The notes below the pieces were generated by a model. The model searched no databases. It saw only the letters and a list, made by a program, of their open reading frames with translations, and was not told the DNA's origin. From Ruminococcus sp. (GTDB lineage: Bacteria > Bacillota > Clostridia > Oscillospirales > Acutalibacteraceae), in assembly GCA_045535605.1 (NCBI GenBank), contig JAZSLX010000050.1, positions 1 to 62,610 on the forward strand: a DNA stretch of 62,610 nucleotides. Reading direction: 5' to 3'. Below, piece after piece: positions 38,804 through 49,478 of this stretch. Position 1 is the stretch's first letter. Every line of letters begins with the position of its first letter. The position numbers and the translations under genes are program-made.

Positions 38804-39778
38804 ATGTGTACTGCAATTGCTTTTAAAACAGAGGACTTTTATTTTGGCAGAACCTTGGATTATGATTTTCTTTACCCTTGTGAGGTAGTGGTAACTCCAA
38901 GGAGTTTTCCCTTGAAATTCCGTTTTGCGGAAGATATAAAGAGCCACTACGCCATGGTGGGTATGGCATATGTGTGTGAAGATTATCCCTTGTACTTTGA
39001 CGGTATGAACGAGCATGGGCTTTGTATGGCAGGGCTTAACTTTGTGGGTAATGCTGTGTATGGAAAGTATAAGGAAAACTGTTTGAATGTTGCTCAGTTT
39101 GAGCTTGTACCCTTTGTGCTCTCCAGGTGCAAATCTGTGAAAGAGGCAAGGACTCTGCTACAGAATATTAATATTACGGATACCAATTTTTCTGAGGACT
39201 TGCCTGCCGCTCAGCTACATTGGATTATTTCTGACAAAGCTGAGAGCATAACCCTTGAAGCAGTGGCGGAGGGGCTTAAGATATATGATAATCCTGTGGG
39301 AGTTCTCACAAATAATCCGCCTTTTCCGTATCATATGATGAATCTGAGAAACTATATGAATTTATCCTCAAAGCCTGCAGAAAACCGCTTTTCTGACAAA
39401 ATAAGTTTGAGTGAATACAGCCGGGGAATGGGGGCGTTGGGCCTTCCCGGAGATTTGTCCTCTGCGTCCCGCTTTGTCCGTGCTTCTTTTGTAAAGCTGA
39501 ATTCGGTTTCTGGAAAAGACGAAAAAGGAAGTGTCGGTCAATTCTTTCATATTATGGACACTGTCAAGCAGATTGAGGGGTGCTGTCAGACAGATAAGAA
39601 TGTTTACGAAAAAACTCTTTACACCTGTTGCTGTAATGCTGACAAGGGGATTTACTATTATACGACCTATGAAAACAGAAGTGTTTCTGCGGTCTGCATG
39701 AACAATGAAGATTTACAAGGTGACAGGCTCATAAGCTATCCTCTTAATAAAAGTGAAAGGATAGAGTATCAGAATTGA
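38804..39778 (+). CDS. Choloylglycine hydrolase family (bile salt hydrolase / penicillin V acylase)
   Basis: MCTA (Ntn Cys2), GRTLD, NEHGL, VLTNNP, LPGDLSSASRF. Confidence 0.9.
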   Translation: MCTAIAFKTEDFYFGRTLDYDFLYPCEVVVTPRSFPLKFRFAEDIKSHYAMVGMAYVCEDYPLYFDGMNEHGLCMAGLNFVGNAVYGKYKENCLNVAQFELVPFVLSRCKSVKEARTLLQNINITDTNFSEDLPAAQLHWIISDKAESITLEAVAEGLKIYDNPVGVLTNNPPFPYHMMNLRNYMNLSSKPAENRFSDKISLSEYSRGMGALGLPGDLSSASRFVRASFVKLNSVSGKDEKGSVGQFFHIMDTVKQIEGCCQTDKNVYEKTLYTCCCNADKGIYYYTTYENRSVSAVCMNNEDLQGDRLISYPLNKSERIEYQN

Positions 39779-39887
39779 AGCGCAAAACAAGAACAGGCCC
39801 TTCCGTAGAAGAGCCTGTTCCTGTTAAAAAGAAAGAGGTTAAAAATGAAAAAAACAACACAAAAGTGAGGAAAAAGCTAATTGAAAT

Positions 39888-40541
39888 TTATGCACAGTTA
39901 AAGTTTTTCAGCAACTCTGCAAAGGGTGTGCACATGGTAGTTGTTGACTCAGCGTCACTGCATACATAGTAGGGACTGAGCTGTAGGTCTTCGCCTTCAC
40001 GCTCCATTTTTGCAAAGAGCAGAGCGGTGTTTTTTGCATCTACCAGTGCATCGTGGGCACCGTCCTGCAGGTCAATATCTGCAATAACAAGTGCCTCAGA
40101 GAGACGGTACACCTTGGGAGAATCCATAAGCTCGCTGAAGGTGTCCTGACAATCTATCCAACTGTCCAGATACTTTGAAAGCTCAGGAATGTCTATCCCC
40201 TTGTGCTCCACTTCCTTACGGATTTGCATTTCGTCGCTTTGGCTCCATGAAACCAGCACAGCGTCCTCGGGAAACCACGCAAGGAACAGCTCCAGTGCGT
40301 CCTCTATATCGGGTGCGCCCTCAAGGTCCTCCTGAGAGATACCTGTCAGGTTATGGATGAAGTCATTGATGGCTCCAAAGCGTGGAGCAACGAAGGTAAC
40401 AAAGGTGTCTGTTATTTCAAGGTTTTCATCGAGCAGTACGGCACCAATCTGTATCAGCTCGTTTCTGTAGGGGCAAATGTGCCTTTTGATTCTTTTGGGA
40501 ACCATGCACATCTCCAAATCTACAACAGCATATGTACTCAT
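39888..40541 (-). CDS. DEDDh 3'-5' exonuclease (KapD/ERI-1-like)
   Basis: VDLEM, IQIGAV, AHDALVDA. Confidence 0.85.
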   Translation of the reverse strand: MSTYAVVDLEMCMVPKRIKRHICPYRNELIQIGAVLLDENLEITDTFVTFVAPRFGAINDFIHNLTGISQEDLEGAPDIEDALELFLAWFPEDAVLVSWSQSDEMQIRKEVEHKGIDIPELSKYLDSWIDCQDTFSELMDSPKVYRLSEALVIADIDLQDGAHDALVDAKNTALLFAKMEREGEDLQLSPYYVCSDAESTTTMCTPFAELLKNFNCA

Positions 40542-40933
40542 TAAAACGCTCTCTTTCATAACAAAAATTTGTTGTTTCGTTTTTTTATTGTGAATATATT
40601 ATATCTCCTGAGAACACATAAATAAACAACAATATTCGCAAAAAAGCAGGCTTTATTCCTCAAAAAGTGCAAAATAAAAAGCCTGCAGACAAGCTTGAGT
40701 TTCTTTTGTCATAATTGCAATAATGGCTGTAGTAATGTTTGTATAGAATAACAAAATTTGGGAAGGAGAGTGTAAATTTATTGATGTGAAATATTTTTCT
40801 ATGATATAATTGTGATAGACAAAAGATTGTCTGAAAAAAATAATTGTAAATTCAATATATACTGTGATTACGATGTGGTGTATAACTTGAGGCTTATCTG
40901 ATATCTGAATTTTATTTTTAGAGGAGGTTTAAT

Positions 40934-42884
40934 ATGTATTATACTTAAGAAGATCACATGTGCTTTTACTTGTGTATTGCTGGCAGTTTTGATAATGGTT
41001 CTTTCTATATCCGCTCCTGTAGGTGCACTTGACGCAATTAGTGCTAAAAACGAAAAGAAGATGGACTCGGCGCTTAAAGAGAACTTAAAAACTATGAGTG
41101 ATACCGATACTGTAATGGTCTCTGTTTGGTTTGATGATATTGATTATGATATAGTTAAAACCAATGTGGAAGAAAAATTAAATGGTAATTCCCATTCTAT
41201 AGAAGTGTCAGAAAAGGCTATTGACCTTGCGTTTTGTGATGTAGAAAATACAGTAGTAAACAACGAAATGACTTTAGCTGTTCTAAGTAATATTTATGCT
41301 GATGTAACAAACGAGGAAATAAAAGCGGTTATAGAAGCAGAAAGAACAGTTGTGTCAAAAATGTATCAGGAACACAATCAAAATATAATTAATAGCTTGC
41401 TTGCAGAAACTTCACAAACGATTAGTGCAAAGAAAGCTTCGGAAGGAGGTTTATCCTCGCGAATCGACTATATATGTCGTTATGCACCTAATGCTGATAT
41501 GACCCTCACAAAGGAACAGATTATGACTATTGCAAAGTCTGACAGTGTCACTGAAATAAATTATATAGATTCTTCAACAGATTTATCTTTGAATACAGTT
41601 GAACTTAATGGTGGTTATGATGAGGAAGACGAACCCTATGATATGACTTTCTTTAATGTAACTGGTCTTGCAACTGCAAGAGATGCGTGGGGTTTGGATG
41701 GAAGTGATATAAACGTTGGAATGGTTGAGGGGGTTGCTTTCCCCAAAAATGTTGATTCAATAAACACCATAGAACGAGTTTATCCTTCTGGTATTATGTC
41801 AGATGGTTATCACGCAAGCCTTGTTGCAAGTATTATGGTTACATCGAGATATGAGACTGATGGAACTGTAATGTTCAAGGGTGCAATTCCAAATGCACGA
41901 TTGTTTGCGGCAGTTGCTGATGACGAGAGATTTATAAAGCCAGCAGTGGAAGCACTTTTAGATGTAAAGGTTACTGCAATAAATTGTTCTTTTTCATATC
42001 CATACGATCCCCCGACATATAATGTGTATGGTGATATCGCTAAATGGTATGACCATATTTCGGTTCAGCATAATGTACATTTGATATTATCCGCTTCTAA
42101 TAATGGTGCACTGGGAGTAAGAAGCTCGAATAATTCATACAATGCAATTGTTGTTGGTGCTTGTGATAATAATGGTAATATATTATCAGATTCCTCTTAT
42201 GTTATAACAAGTAACTATATGAACAAGCCTGATTTGGTAGCACCAGGTAGTGAAATTAGAGCTCCTATTTATAGTGATTCTGGAACATCTTTTGCTGCAC
42301 CAATGGTTACAAGTGCAGTTGTTCAGCTTTCGCAGGCAAGCCCTATACTTCTTTCTAATCCTACACTTATGAAGGCATTGCTTATGAGTAGTTCCGTAAT
42401 AACTTCAGCTATGAGTAGTGATGCGGATGTGAATTCTGTCATTAATGGTACAGATAGTGCTATTAGCCAGAAATATGGAGCTGGAATGTTGAACGTTACA
42501 AAAGCATATTCTGCATTTGTAGATAATGGCTATTATAAAACAGGAACGATGTCGCCTTACTCAGAGGGAATAAGACACACTAAGAATCTGTCCCGTGCAG
42601 TGGGTAAGACCGTGAGAGTATGTTTGACGTGGAATAAGATGAACACTGTTTCAGATCCGCATGACTCTGCAACAGCAACTTCATTAACTCTTGATAATTT
42701 TATGCTGACTGTTACAACTCCCAGTGGAGTAGTTTATTCATCGCAGAACTTGTACGATAATAAACAGATGATATCCTTTGTTGCAACAGAAAGCGGAACT
42801 TATACCTTTGATGTATCAAGATTTGGGACAGGAACTTCAGGGCAAATAGTCAAATATTCCTTTGTCTGTTCCGTACAATCATAA
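40934..42884 (+). CDS. Secreted S8 subtilisin-like peptidase (start frame ambiguous)
   Basis: HASLVAS, KPDLVAPG, SGTSFAAP, YGAGMLN; RBS-linked ATG 40934 is 1 nt out of frame with the long ORF (track start TTG 40977). Confidence 0.8.
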
Positions 42885-42899
42885 CGAGGAGGCATTTAT

Positions 42900-43592
42900 A
42901 TGAAAAAAACATATTTAAGAATAATTTCTTTTGTGATTACAATGGTGCTGATGTTATCGTTCTGTACTATGGGGACTGCACAGGGAGCTGTTAGTTATGA
43001 TAATCTTATAACCGAGGGAGAAGTTTTTGATTTGGTATCTGAGTATCTCAAACAATTTGAAAGGTTATCTGATGGATTCTGCGATATGTTTGAAGCGTAC
43101 ACTCATTATAATGAAGAAGCCTCTCCGGATTATGTTGTAGTAGAAGTAGATTGTTCAGTAACAACTTGCAAGATTTATTTTGAATTAGACGGTTATTATA
43201 TTTATTGTTATGAACCTCACTATTATGGTGAAAGGCTATTATCTTACTATGTTGTAGATTTGGAATCTAAGAGTGTGATTCCTTATACAGAGGCTTTAGC
43301 CTCAAGTAAAGATGAATATTATCCCTTCTTGACAGATAGTGGTTACGATAAAATAGTTCGTATAGGGGATATAAACAGGGATAATAACCTTGATATAAAG
43401 GATGCTACAGCAATACAAAAGTGTGTTGCGGAATTAGAAAGTTTTGATGACTATCTTGATGATTTGTTCCCATTTAATGAAAAGCAATATATGGAGTGGT
43501 ATCGTTACGTTTCCGACTTTAACCGTGACGGTGAGCGGAATATCAAAGATGCAACGGCTATTCAGAAGTGCATTGCAGGGCTTAAGTGTTGA
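42900..43592 (+). CDS. Secreted dockerin-containing protein
   Basis: Signal peptide; GDINRDNNLDIKDATAIQK...SDFNRDGERNIKDATAIQK. Confidence 0.85.
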   Translation: MKKTYLRIISFVITMVLMLSFCTMGTAQGAVSYDNLITEGEVFDLVSEYLKQFERLSDGFCDMFEAYTHYNEEASPDYVVVEVDCSVTTCKIYFELDGYYIYCYEPHYYGERLLSYYVVDLESKSVIPYTEALASSKDEYYPFLTDSGYDKIVRIGDINRDNNLDIKDATAIQKCVAELESFDDYLDDLFPFNEKQYMEWYRYVSDFNRDGERNIKDATAIQKCIAGLKC

Positions 43593-43656
43593 TTGAATTC
43601 TGTTGTTGCAATTGAATATTAAACTTAAATAGGGAGGGCCTTGTGCCCTCCCTGTG

Positions 43657-44172
43657 TTATTCCTTTGACGCTCTCAGGCGGTTGTATTCTTTTGTGTCAA
43701 TTCTGCCTTGTGCAATCATCTGCTGGCACCAGAGTCGCAGAGCCTCGGCGGTAGAGGATATCTGCTCAAGGTCCCTTTGTATCTGTACAAACTCGGACAG
43801 CTCACAGGTGTCAATTTTACCATCAGCAGTAATGCTGATGAGGGCATCCTGTCTGTCCTGCATACTGTTTAGCGATGAAAGAAGTCTCAGCACAATTGCA
43901 GACAGGTCCTCTTCGTTGAGTCTGGGTATGTATTCCTGTCCTATGGAGCACTCACAGGAGCAGAAGTAGTTGCACAGGTGAGGTGCCTTGTAGCCTCTTG
44001 CCATAATCAGTACATCCTCTGCATGGGGCAGGAGCCTTTCGTTCTCAATGCGCTCAATTCGCTCAGGAGATAGTGCACCCAGAAGCTCGCTTGCTTCGTC
44101 ACGGGTAAGGTCAAGGGATTCTCTTGTAAGCTGATATATGTTCTTGTTTTTCTTTACGGATGCTTTTCCCAT
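43657..44172 (-). CDS. XRE-family HTH protein
   Basis: RESLDLTRDEASELL..ERIERIENE; LCNYFCSCECSIG. Confidence 0.75.
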   Translation of the reverse strand: MGKASVKKNKNIYQLTRESLDLTRDEASELLGALSPERIERIENERLLPHAEDVLIMARGYKAPHLCNYFCSCECSIGQEYIPRLNEEDLSAIVLRLLSSLNSMQDRQDALISITADGKIDTCELSEFVQIQRDLEQISSTAEALRLWCQQMIAQGRIDTKEYNRLRASKE

Positions 44173-44321
44173 GGTAGTACCTCCTGTTTTTTCTGTGAAT
44201 ACAGTATATCATATATCACAGAAAATAGTAAATAATTCTACGAAAATTTCCTTAATATGTGCGATTGTTTTTGCTTTTATTTCGTGTATAATGTAAGGAG
44301 ATAAGTTTGCGAGGTCTTGCT

Positions 44322-45647
44322 ATGAAAAAAATGAAGCTGTTTAACCTTGCCTGGCCTATATTTATTGAGACTCTGTTGTTTATGCTGTTGGGCTTTGTGG
44401 ATGTTTTCATCCTCAGCAGATATGACGATTTAGCGGCGTCCTCTGTAAATACGGCAAATCAGGCAGTTTCTATTGCGACTATAGTTTTCACTGTTATTTC
44501 CACTGCAAGTGCAGTTCTGATATCCCAATATCTGGGTGCAGAAAAAAAAGAGTCAGCGTCACGAATCGGAGCTCTTTCAATAACTTTCCATCTGATTTTT
44601 GGTGTCATCATAAGCGGTGTGTTCCTGTTTTTTAACCGCCCCATCCTTGAGTTTATCGGAGCACAGGGGAATGTGCTCAGGTTTTCATCCGAGTATCTTT
44701 CCATTGTAGGCGGATTTATCTTTTTGCAGGCATTGATGAGCTCTATGTCCGTTATCATCAGAAATCATGGAATGACAAAGGTTTCCATGTTTGTCACTGT
44801 GGGAATGAATGTGATGAACACAGTGCTGGATATGGTATTTGTGCTGGGTCTTTTCGGCTTTCCTGAGCTTGGAGTCAAAGGCGTTGCAATTGCTACAACT
44901 ATAAGCCGCTTCTTTGGTGTATGTGTGCTGGGAATTGTGCTTTTTACAAAGGTAGAAAAGCCCTCAATCTTCAGACTTTTAAAACCGTTCCCTGTGGATG
45001 ATGTAAAGAATATTATTAAAATCGGTGTTCCCTCAGCGCTTGAGACCTTCCTCTATAACATTTCTCAGGTGGTTATCACCTCAATCGTGCTTAACTGCCT
45101 GACAGAGACAGAACTTATCACCAAGACCTATGTGCAGAATGTAAGTATGTTTTTCTACATATTTGCAGTGTCTATCGGACAGGCTTCTCAGATTCTTATA
45201 GGTCATCTTATCGGTGCAAATGAGTACGAGGAAGCCAACAAGCAGGCTAAAAAGTCCCATAGAACAGCTATCATCATCACTATGTCTGCCTGTGCGGTGG
45301 GAGTTTTACTTAGAAACCGATTGTTGGGAGTATTTACAGATGACAGTGCGGTAATAGCCTTAGGAGCAAATATTATACTTATCAATGTGGCACTTGAGTT
45401 CGGACGGACTACAAATCTGGTGGTTATTGCCTGCCTGAGAGGTACAGGCGACGTGTTATATCCCACAGTGTGTGCTATCTTCTCTATGATTTTTGTGAGC
45501 ACTCTTGGCTCTTATATCTTTGCAGTGGTGCTGGATATGGGTATCTACGGTCTGTGGATAGCCAATGCCGCAGACGAATGCCTGCGTGGTGTGCTGATGA
45601 TTATCCGTTGGAAAAACGGAAAGTGGCGTACAAAACGAATTGCATAA
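44322..45647 (+). CDS. MATE family efflux transporter
   Basis: LAWPIFIE, ELGVKGVAIAT, GIYGLWIA; about 12 TM. Confidence 0.92.
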   Translation: MKKMKLFNLAWPIFIETLLFMLLGFVDVFILSRYDDLAASSVNTANQAVSIATIVFTVISTASAVLISQYLGAEKKESASRIGALSITFHLIFGVIISGVFLFFNRPILEFIGAQGNVLRFSSEYLSIVGGFIFLQALMSSMSVIIRNHGMTKVSMFVTVGMNVMNTVLDMVFVLGLFGFPELGVKGVAIATTISRFFGVCVLGIVLFTKVEKPSIFRLLKPFPVDDVKNIIKIGVPSALETFLYNISQVVITSIVLNCLTETELITKTYVQNVSMFFYIFAVSIGQASQILIGHLIGANEYEEANKQAKKSHRTAIIITMSACAVGVLLRNRLLGVFTDDSAVIALGANIILINVALEFGRTTNLVVIACLRGTGDVLYPTVCAIFSMIFVSTLGSYIFAVVLDMGIYGLWIANAADECLRGVLMIIRWKNGKWRTKRIA

Positions 45648-45818
45648 TGTTTATCAGGGACTCTTGAGAAAGGGTCCTTGTTTTTTTATTGATGAAGTCA
45701 TCAGGCTAAAAATCGGACAGAAAATTCACTTTTTTGAAAAAATATGCTTTTCTATGGGTGATTATTGTGGTATAATTACTCTGTATAGTACCCTCGTTTT
45801 TTTAAAGGAAGATTTACA

Positions 45819-47027
45819 ATGTCAGACAGACTGTTTCTTGAAATTCTGAAAACTGCCCTTAGAGGCGGAAAAATGCCTTGTGACACAAAGATAAGCTGTG
45901 AGGATATGGATGAAATCATAAGACTTGCAGAGCTTCACAAGGTACTTCCTATGATATTTGACAGTGTCTATCCTGTTTGCCCTTATGACGAAGCAACGCA
46001 GGAAGCACTCAGACGCAGGGTACGGCTTATTGTTATGCAGCAGACTCTCAGGACACAGAGGTTTCTTGAGCTGTATAAAAAGCTGCAGCTTGATGGTTTG
46101 GAGCCTGTTGTGGTAAAGGGAATTATTTGTCGGAGTTTGTATCCCGCTCCCGATTTTCGTCCCTCTGCTGATGAGGATTTGTTTATTTTCCCAAAAGACT
46201 CAGAGCTTTACGAAAAAGCTCTGGCAGAGTCGGGCTTCAGACAGCAGGAAAAACGAAGCGAAAGCTACTACGAAACCTCCTATTTCAGCGATGACGGCTT
46301 TCACCTTGAAGTGCACACTTCTTTGTTCTCTACAGAGATTGAGTATTTTGATGTGTTCAACATTGTGTTTGACGGTGCACAGAACAGAGCTGTTTATACG
46401 CAGCTTGATTCGGTGAATATCCGTACTCTTTCTCCTACAGATAACTTGCTTTTTCTTATCCTTCATTCTCTCAAGCATTTTGTCCACAGCGGTGTAGGAA
46501 TCCGTCAGGTTTGCGATATTATATTGTTTGCCGAAAGCTTCGGGGAAGATATCGACTGGACAAGGGTTGTATCTGTGCTGAAAGGTCTTGGCGCAGAGAA
46601 CTACACAGCAGGGCTTTTTGGTATAGGTGAAAGGCATCTGGGCCTTGATGTGAATAAGAGCAGATACCCACAGGAGCTTCAGGGCCTTTGTACAGATGAT
46701 GAAATTCTGCTCAGGGATATTCTGTGCGCAGGAATATACGGTGGCTCAACAATGTCCCGCAGACACAGCGGCGGTATTACCCTGTCTGCTGTGCAGGGTG
46801 ATAAAAACAGCCTTGCTCACAGATTGTTTCCATCGGGGAAAAGTCTGGACTCTCGATTTGAATATGCTAAGAAGAATCCTTTGCTTCTGCCGGTGGCATG
46901 GGTGCACAGGTTAATGAAATATATGACAGAAGTGGACAAAAGCAGTGAGAATACTCCCGCTGAGTCTCTCAGAACAGGCAGAGAAAGAATTGAACTGCTT
47001 CGGGGACTTGGGCTTCTGCCTGAATAA
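45819..47027 (+). CDS. Nucleotidyltransferase family protein (NTP_transf_5-like)
   Basis: VVVKG...YP.PDFRPSADEDL; LEVH; HSLKHF..SGVGIRQVCD. Confidence 0.8.
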   Translation: MSDRLFLEILKTALRGGKMPCDTKISCEDMDEIIRLAELHKVLPMIFDSVYPVCPYDEATQEALRRRVRLIVMQQTLRTQRFLELYKKLQLDGLEPVVVKGIICRSLYPAPDFRPSADEDLFIFPKDSELYEKALAESGFRQQEKRSESYYETSYFSDDGFHLEVHTSLFSTEIEYFDVFNIVFDGAQNRAVYTQLDSVNIRTLSPTDNLLFLILHSLKHFVHSGVGIRQVCDIILFAESFGEDIDWTRVVSVLKGLGAENYTAGLFGIGERHLGLDVNKSRYPQELQGLCTDDEILLRDILCAGIYGGSTMSRRHSGGITLSAVQGDKNSLAHRLFPSGKSLDSRFEYAKKNPLLLPVAWVHRLMKYMTEVDKSSENTPAESLRTGRERIELLRGLGLLPE

Positions 47028-47074
47028 CAGACCATAGCATATGAATTTTTTGTTTTTATGAAAGAGGTATGCAG

Positions 47075-47872
47075 ATGAAAAAAAGAAATATTTACTGCCT
47101 GATAATACTTGCAGTGTCGTTAGTGTGCTTTATAGGATATACTCAATACAGAAAGGCAACAGATGACGTTATGCCACCAAGACTTTCCTGTGAAAGTGAA
47201 ACTATTGAAGCAAGTGTGGGTGTAACTGACGAGGAGCTTCTGGCAGGCGTTACTGCTTTTGATGAGGTTTCAGGTGATGTAACAAACTCTATAGTTATTG
47301 AAGATATTTCTGATTTTATTAAGGAGAATACAAGAATTATCACATATGCCGCCATTGATGAGAGCAGGAACGTAGGCAGGCTTGAACGCACGCTTGTGTA
47401 TACAGACTATAAAGAGCCTATGTTTTCTTTGTCAGGGCCCTTAAGCTATGCTGTAGGCTCCAGAGTGAATATTCTCGAAAAAATCAAAGCAGAAAGCAAC
47501 CTTGACGGAGATATGAGCAACAAGGTAAGATATGGCCTTAACGGTGTAATTGATAATATGACCAGCGGAAAATATTCCGTTGAGTATCGTGTTACAGACA
47601 GCTGCGGAAAGACCTCATATCTTAATACTGAGATTGAAATTTATGATGCAGTGTATTCCGGTATCAGAGTTGAGCTGAAAAAGTACCTCGTGTATGTAGG
47701 CAAAGGAAAAAAGTTCAATGCGGAGTCGTATTATAAGAGCTCTAATATAGAAGGAGAGCTCACTATTGTTTCTGACGTAAACACCAAAAAAGAGGGTGTT
47801 TACTATGTGGATTATTTTGTGAACGGAATAAACGCAAGCGGAAAAAGCCGTCTTGTTGTAGTAGTTAAGTGA
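47075..47872 (+). CDS. Membrane-anchored Ig-like repeat protein (DUF5011-like)
   Basis: N-terminal TM; LLAGVTAFDEVSGDVT; GKYSVEYRVTDSCG; VNTKKEGVYYVDY. Confidence 0.65.
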   Translation: MKKRNIYCLIILAVSLVCFIGYTQYRKATDDVMPPRLSCESETIEASVGVTDEELLAGVTAFDEVSGDVTNSIVIEDISDFIKENTRIITYAAIDESRNVGRLERTLVYTDYKEPMFSLSGPLSYAVGSRVNILEKIKAESNLDGDMSNKVRYGLNGVIDNMTSGKYSVEYRVTDSCGKTSYLNTEIEIYDAVYSGIRVELKKYLVYVGKGKKFNAESYYKSSNIEGELTIVSDVNTKKEGVYYVDYFVNGINASGKSRLVVVVK

Positions 47873-47894
47873 TTGTTGTAGGAAGTGTTTGTTT

Positions 47895-49478
47895 ATGGAA
47901 ACTAACAATAAACCCCGACACCTTGATACCATATATATCATAATCAGGGATGTACTGAAAAACTGGTTGCCTATTTTATGTATAGCTTTATCGGCGGCCT
48001 TGATTTCCTATATCGTTGCCTCTTTTTCTTATACACCTCAGTATGTTTCCCGATGCACTATGGTTGTTTCAGCAAAAGCAAACAGCACAGGTATTTATGC
48101 TGACACCACTGAAACGGAGAAGCTGACAGATACCATTACTGCTGTAATGGAGAGTACGGTGCTCAAGAAGAAAATTGCGGAAACTCTGGAGATTCCCCAG
48201 TTTTCAGGGGGTATATATACTACTGTAGTGCCCGGCACCAATCTCCTGGAGGTTAAGGCACACAGTTACAGTCCCTCTATCTCCTTCAGGGTAATGAAGA
48301 CCCTTATTGATATATATCCTGAGTTTACACAGGATATATTGGGAGATATTGTAATTGATGTTTTTGAAGAGCCTAACTTTCCGTCAGGTCCATCCAATCC
48401 GTTTCAGTACAAGAGGATAACCCAACTTGCTTTTCTGATTGCAGCGGCAGCGGTAATAATTATTATTGCGGTTCATTCCTTCCTCCTTGAAACTGTAAAG
48501 AATGAATGGGATGGTGCGGATAAGCTGGACACTAAGCTTCTTGGAGTGGTATATCATGAGTCGCCTTACCGTAACCTTAAGGCGCGGATTCTGCGCAGAA
48601 GGAAAAGGCTTCTGTCAGGAACCCCTTCTGTGAGTTTTGGCTTCAGTGAAACTGTGAAGAAAATTCGTACTAATATAGGTTATTTTCAGGAGAAAAACGG
48701 TGGCAAGGTTATACTTGTGACCTCTTATGACAGAAAAGAGGGAAAAACTGTTATCGCGGCAAACCTTGCCCATACATTGACTCAGAAAAACCAAAAGGTG
48801 CTTCTGATTCCGGGAGAAAATAATGCAGCTGATTTGCTTACACTTCTGAATATAGAACTTTCTGAAGACTTTTTGTCAAAGGAAAAACAGAATATGGAGG
48901 AAAGAGTCTACCAAAAAGAAGACAGCCTGTTGAGCGTGTTTGCGGATACAGATACTCGGTCGGACTTTGCCGGATATTCGGATATGATAGCTTCTCCTGC
49001 TTTTACGCAGTTTATAGAAAAAGCCAGAGAAGAATACGATTGCATTATTGTTGACGGACCGTGTATAAACAAAAATGCGGCAACTGAGATTTTTGCACAG
49101 CTGTGTGATTTTTCTGTGCTGGTTGTCAGACAGAACTACACAAAGGTACCCTATATTAACGATACCATTGATATGCTGAACCGATACAATCTGGGACTTG
49201 CAGGCTACGTGTTCAATAACGTTTATTCATCATCATCTGTAATCAATGTAGGCTATGGATATGGATACGGCGGATACAGCTATGGTAGTTATGGCAAATA
49301 TGTAGGCTACGGCAAGTACGGCAAGTATGGTAAATACGGCAGGTACGGCAAGTATGGCGGTTACGGCGGTTATGGCGGTTATGGTGGTTATGGGGCATAC
49401 ACTGTAACAGGAAACAGTGAAGAAACACACGGAAAACGCAAAAAGCACGAGGCAAAGAGGTATAAGAATGAGCACTAA
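47895..49478 (+). CDS. Wzz/CpsC-CpsD fusion with degenerate kinase motifs and long Tyr cluster
   Basis: Two TMs around extracellular loop; TSYDRKEGKT; Walker A' DxD absent; 18-Tyr Gly/Tyr tail. Confidence 0.8.
   Translation: METNNKPRHLDTIYIIIRDVLKNWLPILCIALSAALISYIVASFSYTPQYVSRCTMVVSAKANSTGIYADTTETEKLTDTITAVMESTVLKKKIAETLEIPQFSGGIYTTVVPGTNLLEVKAHSYSPSISFRVMKTLIDIYPEFTQDILGDIVIDVFEEPNFPSGPSNPFQYKRITQLAFLIAAAAVIIIIAVHSFLLETVKNEWDGADKLDTKLLGVVYHESPYRNLKARILRRRKRLLSGTPSVSFGFSETVKKIRTNIGYFQEKNGGKVILVTSYDRKEGKTVIAANLAHTLTQKNQKVLLIPGENNAADLLTLLNIELSEDFLSKEKQNMEERVYQKEDSLLSVFADTDTRSDFAGYSDMIASPAFTQFIEKAREEYDCIIVDGPCINKNAATEIFAQLCDFSVLVVRQNYTKVPYINDTIDMLNRYNLGLAGYVFNNVYSSSSVINVGYGYGYGGYSYGSYGKYVGYGKYGKYGKYGRYGKYGGYGGYGGYGGYGAYTVTGNSEETHGKRKKHEAKRYKNEH
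49251..49400 (+). repeat. In-frame 9-bp-period tandem repeat encoding (G-K/G/R-Y)n
   Basis: GGCAAGTAC/GGCGGTTAT-type units. Confidence 0.9.

Noticed and set aside
43657-44172. Prophage remnant suggested by XRE gene
   Set aside because: Isolated; no integrase, structural genes or att sites nearby
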